Below the pieces are notes generated by a model. The model was not told the origin of the DNA and made no database searches. It saw only the letters and a list, made by a program, of their open reading frames with translations. A program made the translations under genes and the position numbers. Below, piece after piece: positions 13,741 through 27,030 of a stretch of DNA of 64,000 nucleotides (positions are counted from its first letter, which is position 1; each line of letters opens with the position of its first letter). The stretch comes from the human T2T-CHM13v2.0 reference genome, Homo sapiens: the NCBI RefSeq assembly GCF_009914755.1, contig NC_060925.1; one strand, 5' to 3'.

Positions 13741-13840
13741 GAGGTCACTGGCCCTGCCAGGCCCTTAGGTCTTACGAGAGAATGCGGAGGAGGCAGAGTC
13801 ACAGGGCTGCCCCATAGGACTCCATCGTGAGGGAAATATT

Positions 13841-13990
13841 CTGTGCTGATATGGTAGCCATTGGCCACATGTAAATTTTAAGCAGTTAAAATGTGGCAAG
13901 CACAACTGAATAACTGTATTTTTAATTTAAATGTACATCTAAATAGTAGTAGTGCTACTACTGCTGTAGCTGCTGTACTGGAGAGAACAG
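13841..13990. mobile_element. MER3-like hAT-Charlie MITE
   Basis: 'ctgtgctgatatggtagccattggccacatgt...aaatgtggcaagcacaactgaataactgtatttttaattt...gtactggagagaacag'. Confidence 0.75.
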
Positions 13991-15082
13991 AGCTAAAATT
14001 TCCCCCAGAGGTTTCTGTCCCCATTTTCTCCTCCCAAATGCTCCGGTCTGCCACTCTTTGAAGACGAGAGAGATTGTTTCATTTAGGAGTAATTCTGACA
14101 TGATTTGAAATGTTTGAGGGCAGGACTGTGACTTTTCTATCTGAATAAGCCCAATGTGCCCAGCATGGGACCTAACATGAGGTACATTTGTTGGGATGAA
14201 GCAGGCACTGTCCAGATAAAAGACAACCTGTCCCCATGGGGAGACAATTCATCTTTTCTTAGGGAAGCTTTACAATTAAACACAAACCACTTCCTAGACT
14301 TTTTTAATAGCCTGGAGGTAAGCCAGATAGGAAAATAAATTATCCCTGCTACCTTTATCATTCATCCAAAAGAATTTGTTTACTTCTTTTCAGTATCAGA
14401 GCTCTGAAATAGATTTCCTTTCTCTCTCAGAATGTCACTCCCATTTTCTACTGCCAACTAGCTAAGCAAAGGCATTCATTATATATTTTTCTAATATCCT
14501 GGACTACAAGAAATACTCTAAGCGAAAATACAATAACCTAACTAACTACTGTTTAATATCACTTCATGGTTTATGAAACATTTGCTCATGCACTGATGGG
14601 TTTGAGCCCATCAATAGCCTTGTAAGTTTCAAAACATCATTCCCACTTTCTAGAAGAGAAAGTAAAGGCTCAGAGAGATTACTCAAATTGTTCAAAAATA
14701 CAAAGATTCTGAGAGGTTTGCACTTGAAAACCACATTTATTTAAAAAGCCACCTATTCTGTGTAAGGAAAATGCTTTGGGGCAAAGGGATGATGAATTAC
14801 ACATAGATCTTGAAGAGTGCATTGGATATGGACATACAATTAATGGAGAGGAAGGTAGTTCAGGCAAAGAACGAGAAAAGACAAATTGGTGGTGAATGGT
14901 AGGGGCAAGAAGATGGGGAACCAAGCAGCAGGGGACACAAGACAAGTCCAGGCCTGACAGGGTGAGTGGTGCTGAATACTGGGTGGAGGTTAGCCTTGGC
15001 TCTGTGGTCTTTAGGAACCAAAAGGGGTTTTAGAACAAGGAGATGTGTTCCTAGACCACGAAACCAAGGCTGTGGCTTCGAG

Positions 15083-15251
15083 CAGTGGTTCTGAGTGTGG
15101 TCCTTGGGCCAGCAGTATCAGCATCCCCTGGAAGGTGTTAGGAATGAGAATTCTGTGCCCTGCCTGAGACCTCCTGAATGAGAAACTCTGGGATGGAGCC
15201 AGAACTCTTTTGTGGCAAGCCCTCTAGTTATGATACCCTGAGAATCACCAG
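15083..15251. mobile_element. MER5A hAT-Charlie MITE
   Basis: TIR-like ends cagtggttct / agaatcaccag. Internal 'ccagcagtatcagcatcccctggaa' and 'agacctcctgaatgagaaactctggg'. Confidence 0.85.
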
Positions 15252-15766
15252 CTTAGAGGAATGTAGCAAGAGGCTTACAGCCATGCACCTGTGCCACAGC
15301 AACCTAGGAGAAAGAGCCAGAGGATACAGGGAACAGAAAGAACTTATGAGGTCATCCATACAAAGACAATAGCAAACTCTATATTTAGATGCTGCTATCT
15401 GTCCGTCTGATGAAGATTCGCTCTCTTGCTCACTTCTATTGGAGAGTTTTTAGGGATGAAGTCAGTAAGGTCTTGTGATGAAGCACGAGCTTGATGAATG
15501 AGGTCACCTATGTTCTTTCCTGGGTATCAATCCTCTTGGTATCACAGCCTCCTCCAGAAGTCCTTCCTGCATCCTAAGAGGAGCTTCAGATTAAGCCCTA
15601 GTTAATCCCTTCCTCCAGGGCATCTGCACTTCACTGTCAGTTAAAGCTCTAGGAAGAAATATAAGTGAACAACAATCCATGTACAATGACTGGAAATAGT
15701 TCTATAGTACTGGGCAGAAATAAGGGGAGAGAAGAAAAAATAATACACACATACACACACTGGCAG

Positions 15767-15793
15767 GCGTGTGCACATGCGCACACACACACA

Positions 15794-15842
<49 letters not shown>
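15767..15842. repeat. (CA)9TA(CA)20 microsatellite within a 76-nt alternating purine/pyrimidine tract
   Basis: Read directly from the sequence. Confidence 0.95.
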
Positions 15843-15844
<2 letters not shown>

Positions 15845-16099
15845 CTAACTTGAAATGGTTTTCTTAGCTATAAAGGTGAGTCCCGAATATAATTTTTTAT
15901 GGCCCAATAAGATTTTTTTTCTGTAAATCTATTTACCAATCATAGAAGAAAATACTTCTTTTGACTTCATGTCCCCAGTTTTGGTTTGGAAACTCTGTCT
16001 TTTACAGAAGTCCAGGACACACTCTTGCTGTTGGTCAAGCCCATTAAGCTCATTGCCCTTGTGACCCTTGAGCACAGCCAGTCTTTTGGCCCACATAGA

Positions 16100-16445
16100 C
16101 TTCCACCCAGATCTTTACCTATCAGGCCCCTTGTTGTCATTCAAATGTCCACTCAGAAGTCATCTCTCCAGAAATGCCTGTCCTGTCTCGTCCATCTAAA
16201 AGAATCCACCATTTGCCACAGTCATCTTTTATCCCATCACTGTATTATTGTCTTCCCAGCACTTACTGCTGTACACAGTAATCATGTCATTAATTTGTTT
16301 TACTGGTTAGTGCTCATCTTCCCCACTAGAATGTAAGCTTCATGTGGACAAAGAAGATGCATCTCTTGTTCACTGCAGTATCTCCTGTGCCTAGAATGGG
16401 GCCTGGCAAATGGCATATGACCATGGATATATAAATAAACAATAT
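16100..16445 (+). mobile_element. L2 3' end
   Basis: 'ccccactagaatgtaagcttcatgtggaca...cttgttcactgcagtatctcctgtgcctagaatggggcctggcaaatgg'. Confidence 0.8.
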
Positions 16446-19400
16446 CTAGCTGATTTAGGCAATGGGGAGTGTGGTCCCACATGCCTATCTTCCAGACCTA
16501 TAGCCGGCCTTTCACATTCCACACTGTTTCAGCAAGAGGCCTCTCCATCTGTCCTCAAAACAATAAGACCTTTCCACTTCCAGAGTTTCACCTGTTCTGT
16601 TTTCCCTGCCTAGAGAACTGTCTTCTCTTTATTTTTCTTTTTATTTACCCAAAAGATTATTTCATCCTGAAAGAACCCAGGTCAATTAATTAGGTTCCTC
16701 TTTAAAAAAAAATCAAAACATTGCACTTCCCAGATAAATTCTCTCTTTTCTGACTCTCAAAGACTTTTACTATCTGTCAGGTCATTTGTCAAATAACTAA
16801 TTAATTTATCTGCCCGTCCAGGCAAGAAACTTTTAAAGTGCCTCTGATGCGAACCAGTCCCTTCCCTGGGAATTCATAGATGAAAAAGGAAACAGCCTTT
16901 ATTCTCCAGAATCTGACTTGTCTTTTGACTCTGATTATTTGAATTAAACTGTGATTCATTTTAAAATTTTATCTGTCTAGGGCACAATGCAATCCTCCAA
17001 CCACACTAAGCTTAGATGTAATGTCTTTATGCATACTGATGACACATATTTATTAACTGGTGATATTAAATCATTAAGGAACAATATATTACTATTTGCT
17101 GAGCATTTCCTAAATCCTCCAGTACCAAAATAAGACCTGGGGCAAGAGAAAAGGAAGAGGACAAAATAAACATAAGGAAAAGGCTCTTCCCTAAGGAAAT
17201 GAGAATCTGATTAGGGCAACACTTAAAACACACATTCAAATTTCAGAAAACAAATAATAATACACTTAAAAAAGACAAACTGGAATGAATAAAACAAACA
17301 CATTAAATAATGGCTTTCTTGCACACCTCCACTGATCATCTACAGTGGTCATACACTGTGCTAGGTATTTGGGAAAAACAGCTGAAATATTAAGAAATTT
17401 CCATACATCATCATCCATATACGTCTAGACATACCAATACTAAAATGCCAGCATTATTATCCCTACACTACACATGAGGATAACCAAGGCTCAGAAAATA
17501 TTAACTTGACCAAAGTCACAAATAATTAGAGACATGCAAACTCAAACTCAGGTCTTCTGATTGTATGCCCAATATTGCTTACATTGTATAACACTGCCTC
17601 TATTTCTATGGTTTAATGAATAAGAGACAAGAATGATGAACATGGGCTAGAATGAGCTGAGGAGGCTGGGCTTGAGAAATGAAGGATGAATATGATGCTA
17701 CTACGGAAATTAAAATTTTAGTCATTAAACTGAGCTTACTATTGCAGATTCAACTGATGTGATTAAAGCATAAGAAACACCCTTACTATCAATGCTTGGT
17801 TAATTATATTAACCTTCCCTCTGGGATTTACCCTTGTTCTGGGAAGAGCCCTATTTAAGATAAATGCAGACCTCTCCCCTTCTTGCATCTCCTGGTGGGA
17901 TTTTTCTAGCTATGCATATCTGCTCATATGAACTAACAGACAATAGTTACATTTGCATGTATCTGCACTATACACGCATCCACCAGCAGAGTGGATATGC
18001 TAAGAATGAAAACTAGGGATGAGATGCAGAAATCTGGCAGAGGTTGTCTTATTATTAATCATAGTATCTCCAGTACTTAGTAAGGTATTTGGCACTGATT
18101 AGATGCTCAATAAATAAATATGTATTAAATTATTGAACTTAGCTTTTTTCTCTTGTCACCCATCAGTCAACACAGTTCTAATCTCTGCTGCATAACAGCC
18201 AAAAGGGTGAATATACAAATATACAGTGTAATTGAGGGAAGGAGAAGAACAGAGATAAAACTGAGAAACACACTGCTATATGCTGGTATGACCTTTTTCA
18301 GTTTGTCCCTTCCTTATCAGTGTCTTTCTAATTGAGACATTATGACCTTAGTATAAAACACCCAGGTTTCATTCTATCAAATCTAAAGCCTACCAACCAG
18401 GGCAAAAAATAGACCATCAGCCTCATTAGCAAATAGGGCCTAGAATTGATCACGTTGCTATAGACTCAATATCTGTTGGGCTTAGAGTGGAGTCTGGACA
18501 TCGAAATAATAATTGAGTTGGCACTCTTCAGTGCATTTGGTCAGCATATATCACTGTACCACTGCCACCAAGGTTTGCAGTTGTACATTGCTCCTCATCT
18601 GGAATGGGAATGCCACCCACTGATATGGAGTCTAGCCCTTCTGAGTCTAGCCTTTGCCAGATCTTGTCCTTGGAATAAGGACCTCACTTCCCTTACTCTG
18701 AGCTCTTGGCTGAGATCTTCCATGGAAGGGAAGCTTTGGGGTTAATTCCTCTAACCTGCTGGGCTTCAAACACTTATCGTTCATATGTCTACTGCTAGGC
18801 CCCATCCACATATCAACACCCTTGCATTCTAATGCCAGCTAAGCTAAAGGAAGGCCCAGGTTTCCAACAGCTCTTATGAATACTACTTGTCAGTGACTTC
18901 AGTCACAGTCAAGTCATTTCCCCCATTCCTATATTTCTCAATCTTATATTAAAGACTTAGAACATCTCATAGAAGAGTCTGTTTGAGTGATGACAACCAT
19001 ATGGTTTTAGACTAGAAACTAGACTAGACTTTTTCTATATATTATATATGAAAAGGGATCACAAGTAAATGGTTATAGGTTTATGGCTGAAATTGTTAAA
19101 GGTTGGAGAACACAGCATATTTTACAAGCCAACTCCAAGGTCCTAGAATAATCTTCAACTTACCCTGAACTTTTTCTAAGAGTTGAAAACATCTTTATAG
19201 TTTTTTTCCCTTTGGAGATTCAGAGCATCTTAGTGACAAAAGCATTTTCAGGTGCTTTTCTTCTGCCTTTCATCTTTTAACTCTGGGCTAAGGGGTCATA
19301 AAGGTCTTTCCTTGGGCAAAGAGAAAAAGAGACAAAGCAACTTTTCCAGAGGGGAAGGGTCACGGGGGAAGTAGGTAAATACACATGGGGTGCCTGCATT

Positions 19401-21812
19401 TCTCAAGGAGGTGATCATAACACGTGGTCGATTAGCACATATGGGTCTTTCTGATTTCCTTATTTTTACTTCTCAAGGTAAAAGCAGAAATACGAACAGG
19501 AAAAAAATAAATGAACAGATCTGCAACAATACCAGCAACATACACACAACTCCTTGGTCTGCATATAATCCTTTGATAATAACTTTACAATGTATAGATT
19601 TTTCTCTACCTAACAGAGTTTCCTCAACTCTTGGAACATTTTTTGAAGTCATTTCTGATTAAGAATCCTAAATATTTACTAACAAATGCTAAATATCATA
19701 ATCTACTGACCATTTTTTAAGCAATGTTTAAACCTGCTTTTCATTATAAAAGAGCCAAAACCCTTTCTCGCTAAGCATTTCAAAACATATTTAAAGAGAA
19801 CTGTTTGTAGACAGTCTCCATTCGTCATTCCCCAGAGCCACTATTCTAAATGCAATAAACCGACTGGAAAAATTTCAAGGGCAATTTTAGATCAGTATCC
19901 TTTGATCATTGTTATTGTGGCAGCACAATTTGCATACTTAGTAGATACTCAATAAATACTTGTTGAATTGACCTGAAATGGGTTGTTACCAGCACTGGAG
20001 GGTCCTAAAGCGGATACTCTGAGGTTCCCCTGACTGCCTAACTCCAGTTTATGTGTGAGCCACAAAGCCTGTTAACAGCACTAATTATCTACCCAGCTAA
20101 ATGGAAAAGATATGATTGATCAGCCATGATGGATCAATACTTACATGTTTATTAGGACTATTTTTATTTTAATCATTCTTAAGGGCTGCCTCACTTGGTG
20201 TAATTATGAGTGGTCCCTGAAATCACTGTGAACGAAAAAAAGCAGCTGAGAGATGTACTTGAGAAAAAATCCATAGAAGATTAGTGGTTAATGGTGCATC
20301 TCTCCCACAGACATGCACAGACCTATGGGACTGTGGCTTTTCCCAATACTTTTTGCCCCTCAACTCTCTGTTTCATTTATCTTCTCCTGACTAAGCTAAC
20401 CATATAGCTTCCAATGAGATGCATGTGTGTGTGTATGCACGTGTGTGTGCTAGGAATGAGGAGGGGAGAGTCAATTATGCTCAAACCCACAGCCCGGACT
20501 CCCTACCCTCTTGTTCACTCTCTCTGTTCTTGCATCCAACCCACTTCTGACTTCCAGGACTCCCATTCTATACATCATGTTTGCCTGCTAGGCCAGGAAG
20601 GTTTCAATGCACTGGAAGTTTATTCCTTAATCATTCCTTTCCTCACTTGGGTCTCCAGAGAAATTCATTGGAGGCAGATGAATCCCGGCACTGCCTACAC
20701 CATGAGACATAAGCAGCGCTGGTGGTCGCTTCCCCTGCACCAATGGCATAGACCAACCCCAACAACCACACAGGAGCCCTAGTTATCATGGAGGCAAATT
20801 AAAAGGACATCAGCCTCAAGGGTGTACCTTTTGTAAACATTTGGAACCAATTCATCCGTATCTCTTGCTATTCCTCCCAGGGACCTTCCACTAGATCATT
20901 CTTTTAAAAATTATTCTTGAACATAATCCACTTTCACATTCCTCCTTTCCTTTATCTGTGTTATTTCCTCTATCCAGAATGTTCCACTTGTTGTTTCTGT
21001 AACCTGGGAAAACTTTTTATTTCCCAAAACCTATATATTCTCTTTTTGTGTATTCTCTCTTAACTACTCTCTGGCATATTTGGCTCTCTTATTTTTTATT
21101 CCAATTGCATTTTCTGTCCCATGCCCTTTTTAAAGCCTTACACTATCTCCATTGTCTTTTACCATGTTCGATTCTCCGAATAAACAGTGAGCTTGCAAAA
21201 GGCAAGGCACCATACTTTTCTGTCTTTGTACTCCAAACACCCAATACAGTGTTAGGCACATTTAATGGCCACAGTAAATATCAGAAATATTTACTGAAAG
21301 AAAGAATAAATGAACAAAGGAACAAATGGGTTGATAAAGGAAAGATGGATAGATGAGAAGATAAATGATTGAGTAATGAGTCTTTATTCCATGACTTAGA
21401 GTATCACCAAATAAACTCTATTGGAGAACCACACATCACCAAAGGAACAGACAAGAACAAGGACTGATAATCTCCAGCTGAAGATTAGAGGTGGAAAACT
21501 CTGTCTTGAGACATGCAGGATAGCATTTGTTGTACTATTACTCTTGACCAATGTAAACAAACAATATTAGTTACTCTGCAAATTAGGGAAACAGGGACTT
21601 CATCAAATCCTCCCTTAACTTTCTATAAGTGGCTTCAAATAAACACCATAAAAAGTGGTCTGAAACACTCTGAGTCTCCATTTCTTCTTTTGTAAAATGA
21701 GGTAATAATAAATAACTCATAAAATTATCTGGAGGAAAAAATGCTATAATTTATGTAGACTCATAAAGCAAGGGGCTTAACATATAGTAGTCAATAAACT
21801 AACGTAGCGTTC

Positions 21813-21900
21813 TGATATGGTTTAACTCTGTGTCCTTACCCAAATCTCATGTCGAATTGTAATCCCCATGTGTCAGGGGACGGTACTGGTAGGAGGTGAT
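21813..21900 (+). mobile_element. THE1D 5' LTR remnant (first ~88 bp only)
   Basis: 'tgatatggtttaactctgtgtccttacccaaatctcatgtcgaattgtaatccccatgtgtc' is homologous to the start of the LTR at 24105. Confidence 0.85.
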
Positions 21901-24104
21901 AACCTGAAAATGTGGAAGTGACTTTGGAACTGGGTAAGGGGTAGAGGTTGGAACAGTTTGAGGGACTCAGAAGAAGACAGGGAAATGTGGGAAAGTTTGG
22001 AACTTCCCAGAGACTTGTTGAATGGTTTTGAACAAAATACTGATAGGGATATGGAAATGAAGTCCAGGCTGAGGTGGTCTCAGGTGGAGATGAAGAACTT
22101 ATTGGGAACTGGAGTAAAGGTCCCTTTTGCTATACTTTGGCACAGATTGGTGGCATTTTGCCCCTGCCCTAGAAATCTGTGGAGTTTCGAACTTGAGTGA
22201 GATGATTTAGGGTACCTGCTGGGAGAAATTTCTATTTTTTTAATTATACTTTAAGTTCTAGGGTACATGTGCACATTGTGCAGGTCTGTTACATAGGTAT
22301 ACATGTGCATTGTTGGCTTGCTGCACCCATCAACTCGTCACTTACATTAGCTATTTCTCCTAATGCTATCCCTCCCCCAGGCCCCCATCCCCTGAAAGGC
22401 CCCAGTATATGATGTTCCCCTTCCTGTGTCCATGTGTTCTCATTGTTCAATTCCCACCTATGAGTGAGAACTTGTGGTGTTTGGTTTTCTGCCCTTGTGA
22501 TAGTTTGCTGAGAATGATGGTTTCCAGCTTCATCCATGTCCCTGCAAAAGACATGAACTCATCCTTTTTTATGATTGCATAGTATTCCATGGTGTATATG
22601 TGCCACATTTTCTTAATCCAGTCTATCATTGTTGGACATTTGGGTTGGTTCCAAGTCTTTACTATTGCGAATAGTGCCGCAATAAACATACTTGTGCATG
22701 TGTCTTTATAGTAGCATGATTTATAATCCTTTGGGTATATACCCAGTAATGGGATCGCTGGGTCAAATATTATTTTCTAGTTCTAGATCCTTGAGGAATC
22801 ACAACACTGTCTTCCACAATGGTTGAACTAATTTACACTCTCTGGTGGGAGAAATTTCTAAACAGCAAAGCATTCAAGAGGTGACCCAGATGTTTCTAAA
22901 AGTGTACATGCATATGCATGAAGAAAGAGATGGTCTGAAATAGGAACTTATATTTAAAAGGGAAGAAGAGCATAAAAATTTGGTAAATTTGCAGCCTGAC
23001 TAGGTGGTAGAAAATAAAACTCATTTTCTGGGGAGAAATTCAAGTGAGCTGCAGAAATTTGCATAAGTAATGAGGAGCCAAGTATTAACAGCCATGATAA
23101 TGGGGAAAATGTCTCCAGGGTATTTCAGAGATCTTCGCAGCAGCCTCTCCCATCACAGGCCTAGAGGCCTGAGGGAGAAAAATGGTTTCATGGGCAAGAA
23201 CCTACCACCCGCTGCCCCCTGCTCTGTGCAGCCTTGGGACATGGCACCCTATGTCCCAGCTGCTCCAGCTCCACCCATGGCTAAAAGGGATGAAGGTACA
23301 TCTTGGGCTATTGCTTCAGAGGGTGCAAGCCCCAAGCCTTGGCACCTTCCATGTGGTGTTGAGCCTGCAGGTGCACAGAAGGCAACAGTTTGAGAGCCTC
23401 CACATAGATTTCAGAGGATGTATAGAAATGCCTGGATGTCCAGGTAGAAGTCTGCTACAGGGACGGAGATCTCATGAAGAACCTAGTGCAGAGGGAAAAA
23501 GTGGGGTTGGAGCCCCCCTACCCCACAGAGTCCTCAATGAGACAATGCCTAGTGGAGCTGTGAGAGGAGGGACACTGTCCTCCAGACCCCATAAAGGTAA
23601 ATCCACTGACAGCTTGCATGTGTACCTGGAAAAGCCACAGGCACTGAATGCCAGCCCATAAGAGCAACCTCGGGGGCTATATCCTGCAGCGCTCCAGGGG
23701 CAGAGCTGCCCAAGGCCATAGGAGCCCACTCCTTGAATCAGTGTGCCCTAGGTGTGAGACATGGAGTCAAAGGAGATTATTTTGAACCTTTAAGATTTAA
23801 TGACTGTCATACTGGGTTTTGGACTTGTATGGGGCCTGTAGCCCTTTGGTTCTGGCCAATTTCTTCCTTTTAGAATGGGAACATTTACCCACTGCCTGTA
23901 CCCCCATTGTATCTTGGAAATAACTAACTTGTTTTGATTTTACAGGCTCACAGGCAGAAGGACTTGTCTTTTCTCAGATGAGACTTTGGACTTGGAATTT
24001 TGGGTGAATGTTGGAGTTAAGAAAGTTTGGGAGACTGCTGGGAAGGCATGATTAGTTTTGAAATGTGAGAAGGACATGCGATTTGGGAGGAGCTAGGGGC
24101 AAAA
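21901..24104 (+). mobile_element. THE1/MST MaLR internal region, interrupted by L1PA
   Basis: 'gaaaatgtggaagtgactttggaactggg', 'cagagggtgcaagccccaagccttggca', 'gagacatggagtcaaaggagattattttg'. Polypurine tract at 24081-24100. Confidence 0.92.
22235..22841 (-). mobile_element. 5'-truncated L1PA (about PA6/PA7 age), ~607 bp
   Basis: ORF 22447-22689 is the L1 ORF2 C-terminus (WNQPKCP...WMKLETIILSKLSQ...FSLIGGN) followed by a primate 3' UTR. 19-bp TSD with 1 mismatch at 22216-22234 and 22842-22860. Confidence 0.95.
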
Positions 24105-24488
24105 TTATATAGTCTGGCTCTGTGTCTCCACTCAAATCTCATGTCAAATTGTAATCGTCACACGTCAGGAGAGGGGCCTGGTGGGAGCTGATCAGATCAT
24201 GGGGGCAGATTTCACCCTTGCTGTTCTCATGATAGCGAGTTCTTCACAAGATTTGACCATTTGAAAGTGTGTGATATGTCCTCCTTCACTTTCTCTCTCC
24301 CTCCTGCTCTGCCATGGTAAGATGTGCTTGTTTCCCTTCTCCTTCTGCCATGACTGTAAGTTTCCTGAGTCCTCCCAGTGATGCTTCCTGTTAAGTCTGT
24401 GGACCTGTGAGTCAGTTAAACCTGTTTTCTTCATAAATCACCCACTCTCATTTAGTTCTTTATAGCAGCGTGAGAACAGACTAATATA
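24105..24488 (+). mobile_element. THE1D 3' LTR (complete, ~384 bp)
   Basis: 'ctcctgctctgccatggtaagatgtgcttg', 'gtaagtttcctgag', and end 'gttctttatagcagcgtgagaacagactaatata'. Confidence 0.88.
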
Positions 24489-24559
24489 AGCTCCTATATT
24501 TTGTATTTTCATGAATTGTGAACTTCACTTAACTGATGTAGTAGGTTGCTATGGAAGAG

Positions 24560-25340
24560 ACTGTAGGATGTTTCTAAAACCCCTAAGGGCACAGCTCTTC
24601 CTCTGTGGTACACAACTAGCCTATATTTTCTAGGCTTCCTTGTTGTTAGGAAAGCCTTGTGACTGGTTCTAGCCCACATAATATAAGTAGAAGTGATGAG
24701 TGTAACTTTTAGGCTTGGCCCATAAAGACCACTTATATGGATGCTCTTTTATGCCCATTCTCCCTGCTAGTTGGCTGGAATGCAGACCAGCCCCATGAAA
24801 ACCTTGGAAGCTACTTGTAGAAAATGGCAGAGCCTCCTTGGCCTTTGTTCCTGAATGACTGCCTGGAAAAGAGACACCCTCCAACTGGTTCACCTACTCA
24901 GTACTGTCAAATGAGCAATAAATTAACTTCAATTTTGCCTGAATGATTATACAGTCATCACTTGGTATCTAAGGGGGATTAGTTCCAGGACCCTTGTGGA
25001 TACCAAAACAAGAGGATGCTCAAGTCCCTGACATAAAATGGCATAGTATTTGCATCTAACCTGTGCATATCCTCCTGTACACTTTAAATCATCTCTAGAT
25101 CACTTATAACAATGAATATGACATAAATTCTATGTAAATAGTGAATCTATTTTATTGTTCTTTAAATCTGTATTATTTTATTGTTGTTTTGTTATTTTTA
25201 TTGTTTTTTTTAAAAAAATACTTTCAATCCATGGTTGGTTGAACCTGAGAATGCCAAACCTGTAGATGAGGAACCTGTAGATATGGAGGGTCAACTGTAC
25301 ATTTTTATGACAGTGGCCATAATTACTCTAACATAACTGC
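24560..25340 (+). mobile_element. MLT1J-like MaLR LTR interrupted by MER2
   Basis: 'tgtgactggttctagccca...gtagaagtgatgagtgtaactttt', 'gaaaatggcagagcctcc...cctgaatgactg'. Confidence 0.7.
24952..25297. mobile_element. MER2 (TcMar-Tigger) full-length MITE with TA TSD
   Basis: cagt...actg termini, TA at 24950-51 and 25298-99, 346 bp. Internal 'ggatgctcaagtccctgacataaaatggcatagtatttgcat'. Confidence 0.9.
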
Positions 25341-26296
25341 ACACTCCTTTAGGGCTGAATCTATAGCAATAAATCCACCCCATAGTTAGAACAGTGTTTA
25401 GCTAATAGTATATATTCATTAAATATATACTATGCTTCTAAACTACTTTTTAAAAACCAAACAAACATATGACTGTATCAGCTAACAAGTGCCGGTGCTG
25501 AAAACATGTCCTTGAATTTGAATTCATGGACTTTCTGAAAATTGACTACAAAAACAGTGTTCAAAGTATTACAGTTCCTGGATTTCCTGCCGTGTAATTC
25601 TCAGCACATATTGATTTTGAAGCTCAAATCTTTGCAATTCCCTGATAATGCTATTCCTCAGAATAATGAAGCAGGAAGGTCTCCTATGCCCACAATTGTG
25701 CTAGTTGTGTAGGAACTGTGATTTTCTTTAACCACAGGTATCTGCATTTGCTCAGGCCCTCATTACTGTATATGGGATGTTATTTAACCTCCAATGAATC
25801 TTTTGCTAGCATTTTTCCTCCTCCTCATGAGATCCAGTTGAGTCCCTTGCAGTTGCAGCATTAGTCACTATCATAGGTCTCAGGATAATTAACAGAGTTA
25901 AGCCACCTGCTTTTTGCTGCCCCTCAAACAAGACAGGCATATTAAGTTCACGATCCCTAGATGTGGGCAGTGCCAAGTCAGACCGCCTATAAAGGTTTCA
26001 CACAGTGCTTCAGGCTTGAGTCAATTATTCAATTGTCAAGTGTCTACTGAAGGCTTTCCAAGTGTTTTTTTGCCAGTGAGGAACTTACGTTCTAGCCAAG
26101 GTAATAAAACAAATAGTCAAAGTAGCACAGTAACTGAATTTTGATGTGGATCTTGTATGTATAGAGAAAAAAATCCACATTTTGCACTATGGCAATTTAT
26201 TTACCCCATCCTATTGAGTATCATGCCCAGGCCTTATTCTAGAAGCTGGACATTTATCAGTGAATAAAACCCCCAACCTCATAAAGCGATCAATCA

Positions 26297-26619
26297 TTTT
26301 TGTTTGTTTTTTGTTGTTGTTTTGTTTATTTGTTTTGAGACAAGGTCTCACTCCATCACCCAGGCTGGAGTGCAGTGGCATAAACAAGAGTTCACTGCAG
26401 CCTCGGCCTTCTAGCCTCAAGCAATCTTCCCACCTTAGTCCCGCAAGTATCTGGAATTCCAGGTGCATGCCACCACCCCCAGCTAATTTTTGTATTTTTG
26501 GTAGAGATGGGGTTTCACCATGTTGCCCTGGCTGGTCTCAAACTCCTGAGCTCAAGCCATCCACCCGCCTTGGCCTTCTAAAGTGCTGAGATTACAGGCA
26601 TGAGCCACCACACCCAGCC
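26297..26619 (-). mobile_element. AluJ SINE with (TTG/TTTG)n tail
   Basis: Full antisense Alu with J-type 'actgcagcctcggcctt' and 'ctcctgagctcaagc'. Confidence 0.92.
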
Positions 26620-26639
26620 TCAACCTTATGGTCCTACTT

Positions 26640-27030
26640 ACACTTTGATGGGAACACGCCATGACTTGTTCTGCCTTTGCAAGTCCTCTCCCTAGAATGC
26701 TCTAGTGCTCTTTCCACTCACTGCCTAATCCCACTGATGGAGCTTTGTACATCTGAAAACTATTACTCCATGCAGACTTCTGCCCAGATATTTCCTCTTC
26801 TATTATGCTGCTATGATAATCTATTGTTTTCAGATTAAAACATATCCTAGTATGTATTGCTTGCATTAATTTTATTTTTGCATTTTTATTGTTATAAATA
26901 TACACAGGTTTACCTTCCCTCTTAAAAGGTGGTTTTAGAAGGCAAGCCCTGTGTCTTATTTACCTTTAAATCCCAAAGTCTGAATTCAGGACTGGCACAC
27001 AAATAATTCAGCAAACTTTTGCTATACTGA
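26640..27030 (+). mobile_element. L2 3' fragment
   Basis: 'cctagaatgctct' and 'gaagggcaagccctgtgtcttatttacc...ctggcacacaaataattcagcaaac'. Confidence 0.6.

Noticed and set aside
22447-22689. 80-aa ORF with real protein similarity
   Set aside because: It is the C-terminus of L1 ORF2p in a 5'-truncated, promoterless copy, not a gene.
23070-23729. ORFs of 107, 159 and 85 aa
   Set aside because: They are fragments within decayed THE1 internal sequence, broken across frames.
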